A stretch of DNA of 47,995 bases from assembly GCF_001194135.2 (NCBI RefSeq), contig NC_068997.1, positions 46,754,518 through 46,802,512 of the forward strand, given 5' to 3'. Shown here piece after piece: positions 47,911 to 47,995 of this stretch. The notes under the pieces were generated by a model, which worked only from the letters and a program-made list of their open reading frames with translations, searched no databases and was not told the DNA's origin. The translations under genes were made by a program, and so were the position numbers. Position 1 is the stretch's first letter; each line of letters opens with the position of its first letter. This stretch comes from Octopus bimaculoides (taxonomy: Eukaryota).

Positions 47911-47995
47911 TTTATATATATATATATATATATACATATATTTATATATATATATATATATACATATATTTATATATATATATATATATACATAT
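47878..47995. repeat. (AT)n with ~30-bp higher-order unit
   Basis: TACATATATTT interruptions recur at ~30-bp spacing. Confidence 0.9.

Overview
Eukaryotic, AT-rich, repeat-saturated genomic DNA, almost certainly from an octopus. That assignment is inferred from the tRNA-derived SINE families and the extreme density of (AT)n, (AC)n, (ATT)n, (GAT)n and (GATA)n tracts. There are nine N-gaps: 1597-1718, 11569-11710, 18373-18593, 27552-27616, 29450-29542, 33558-33996, 34317-34338, 41960-42042 and 43671-43980. No intact protein-coding gene, rRNA, tRNA or CRISPR array is supportable, and most ORFs in the supplied track are translations of microsatellites. The window holds about 40 SINE copies or fragments built from shuffled modules. 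My working labels are: head A with tail B or C, head G with tail X, V-like or Z, and families D, E/F and H. These are not database names, and SINE boundaries are approximate to about 10 bp. It also holds two RTE-type LINE fragments, a DD37D (maT) Tc1/mariner transposase fossil, three hAT MITEs, a TTAA piggyBac-type element nested in a SINE, and two TA-flanked inverted-repeat elements. The most unusual signals are a type I hammerhead-ribozyme-like motif at 1352-1405, a foldback element with ~215-bp arms at 20784-21287, and a candidate 3'-terminal coding exon at 22230-22341.
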